From assembly GCA_963808625.1 (NCBI GenBank), contig CAWEHK010000037.1:1-64000 (forward strand): a stretch of DNA of 64,000 bases, given 5' to 3'. Made by a program: the position numbers and the translations under genes. The notes under the pieces are model-generated. The model was not told the DNA's origin, did not search any database, and was given only the letters and a program-made list of their open reading frames with translations. This document shows, one piece after another, positions 62,952-64,000 of this stretch. The stretch is from an uncultured delta proteobacterium (lineage in GTDB: Bacteria > Desulfobacterota > Syntrophobacteria > Syntrophobacterales > Syntrophobacteraceae). Positions within the stretch are counted from its first letter, which is position 1. Every line of letters begins with the position of its first letter.

Positions 62952-63442
62952 TTACGGTGCCGGCCACCCCATGATGGGTACCGTGCTGATGCTGTTCTTC
63001 GGGCTCCCCTCGATCACGCGATCGCTGTACGCCACGTAAACCAGCACCTGGCGTTCGCGGTCGAAGAAGCGCACAACTTGAAGGGTCTTGAATACGAGGC
63101 TGCGGCGCTCGTCGAAAACGCGCTCGCCGTCTTTGAGCTCACCGACGATCCTGATCGGGCCAACCTGACGACAGGCGATGCCGGCATCACTCGTATCCTC
63201 CGCCACGCCCATCTGGCCTTTCACCCCACCCGTTTCCGCCCGGGAGATGTGGCAGGCGACGCCCTGGACTTTCGGGTCATCGAAGCCGTCGACCACGATC
63301 TTGTCGTTGGGCCCAAGCAACGGAAACGCGTGTTGACCGATCCGGTCGTGCCGCGGTCGGGGCGACTGAAGATCCACCATCCGAAGAGCACAACGACCAA
63401 AAGGATGCTTGCGCCGAGAATCATGCCGATCTTTTTGATCAT
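62952..63442 (-). CDS. creA: CreA-family protein (one frameshift near 63320)
   Basis: N-terminal TM, then DKIVV..FDDPKV.GV.C..SRA.TGG.KG..G.AED.SDA.I.CRQVGPI...SLVFK.LQVVRF.D, GSPKNS.S.VP. Confidence 0.9.
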
Positions 63443-63531
63443 CAGTTGCCCTCCCTGAGTGCTTCCGGCCATCAAACCTGGTGCCGTTTGGTGGTGAGAG
63501 GCGGCGCCGGACGATGGCCGGCGATCACACC

Positions 63532-64000
63532 TTATTCGATGAATACAACACAGGAGATCACGGTCACATAGCCACCCTTCCTGCCATTGGCGACACAGGG
63601 GAAGGAGAGTGCTTCGACCACTTTCCCACTCATCAGGTAGATCTCCTTTTTCATCATAGTCTTTATCGGGATCGAATTCGACCCCCAGCGTCGTCGCAGC
63701 ATGGTGGACGCCAGGTCTTCAGCGAAATCACCACCTCGATTTCCTCTTTCCCGTACGCATGGAACTCACTGATGTAGCCGTACTGGTTCCTGTCAGTGGG
63801 AAAGGCAATGCCAACTGAGGCCCCGATCATCCTCCGATACTCATTCGTAGTGAGCCTTGCCACCACACAGAAGGTTATCTGCCCAGGTTGAAGGAGTTTG
63901 AGGCCCTCCTCCGGGTCGATGATTTCACAGTTCGGCGGCAAAATGCTCGACACTCTCACAATATTCTGCTTCTCGATCCTGGCATCCCGAAGCGCCAACT
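63532..64000 (-). CDS. pdaD: Pyruvoyl-dependent arginine decarboxylase (partial, frameshifted)
   Basis: ALRDA.IE..N.V.VSSI.PP (Ser-Ser cleavage site), ASVG.A.P.D...YGY.SE.H. The C-terminus (LGVEFDPD...) lies in another frame, ending at TAA 63532. Confidence 0.85.

Overview
GC-rich chromosomal window from a Gram-negative bacterium. Gene content and order (lysS-lolE-lolD-bamA-skp-lpxD-fabZ-lpxA-lpxI-lpxB, recCBD, TAXI-TRAP, pyruvoyl arginine decarboxylase) suggest Desulfobacterota, possibly Syntrophobacteria; this is inference. Many genes, including essential ones (lysS, bamA, lpxB), are broken by small indels, most likely uncorrected long-read or assembly errors. Layout from left to right: a ubiD tail; a secreted tandem-domain protein; a SEC-C/HEAT protein; a 14.2 kb giant surface-protein gene (SBBP propeller + PKD + about 35 Calx-beta repeats); a DtxR/MntR regulator; aroF-tyrA; a LysM amidase; a GxxExxY gene inside inverted repeats; the lipid A/outer-membrane operon with fabZ-lpxA and lpxI-gnnA in-frame fusions; a decayed island at tRNA-Arg(TCT); ggt with a TAXI-TRAP transporter; an IS200 and a cluster of five toxin-antitoxin-type modules; recCBD; an AAA+ ATPase; creA; and pdaD. 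The best novel signal lies upstream of aroF-tyrA: a Tyr-rich leader peptide (MVAKYYRYYYCSGP) followed by two intrinsic terminators that appear coupled through two alternative antiterminator pairings. Other notable items are several families of palindromic elements (one translated inside recB), a loaded and an empty 9-bp-periodic inverted-repeat element, and a likely ATC start codon for lpxB.
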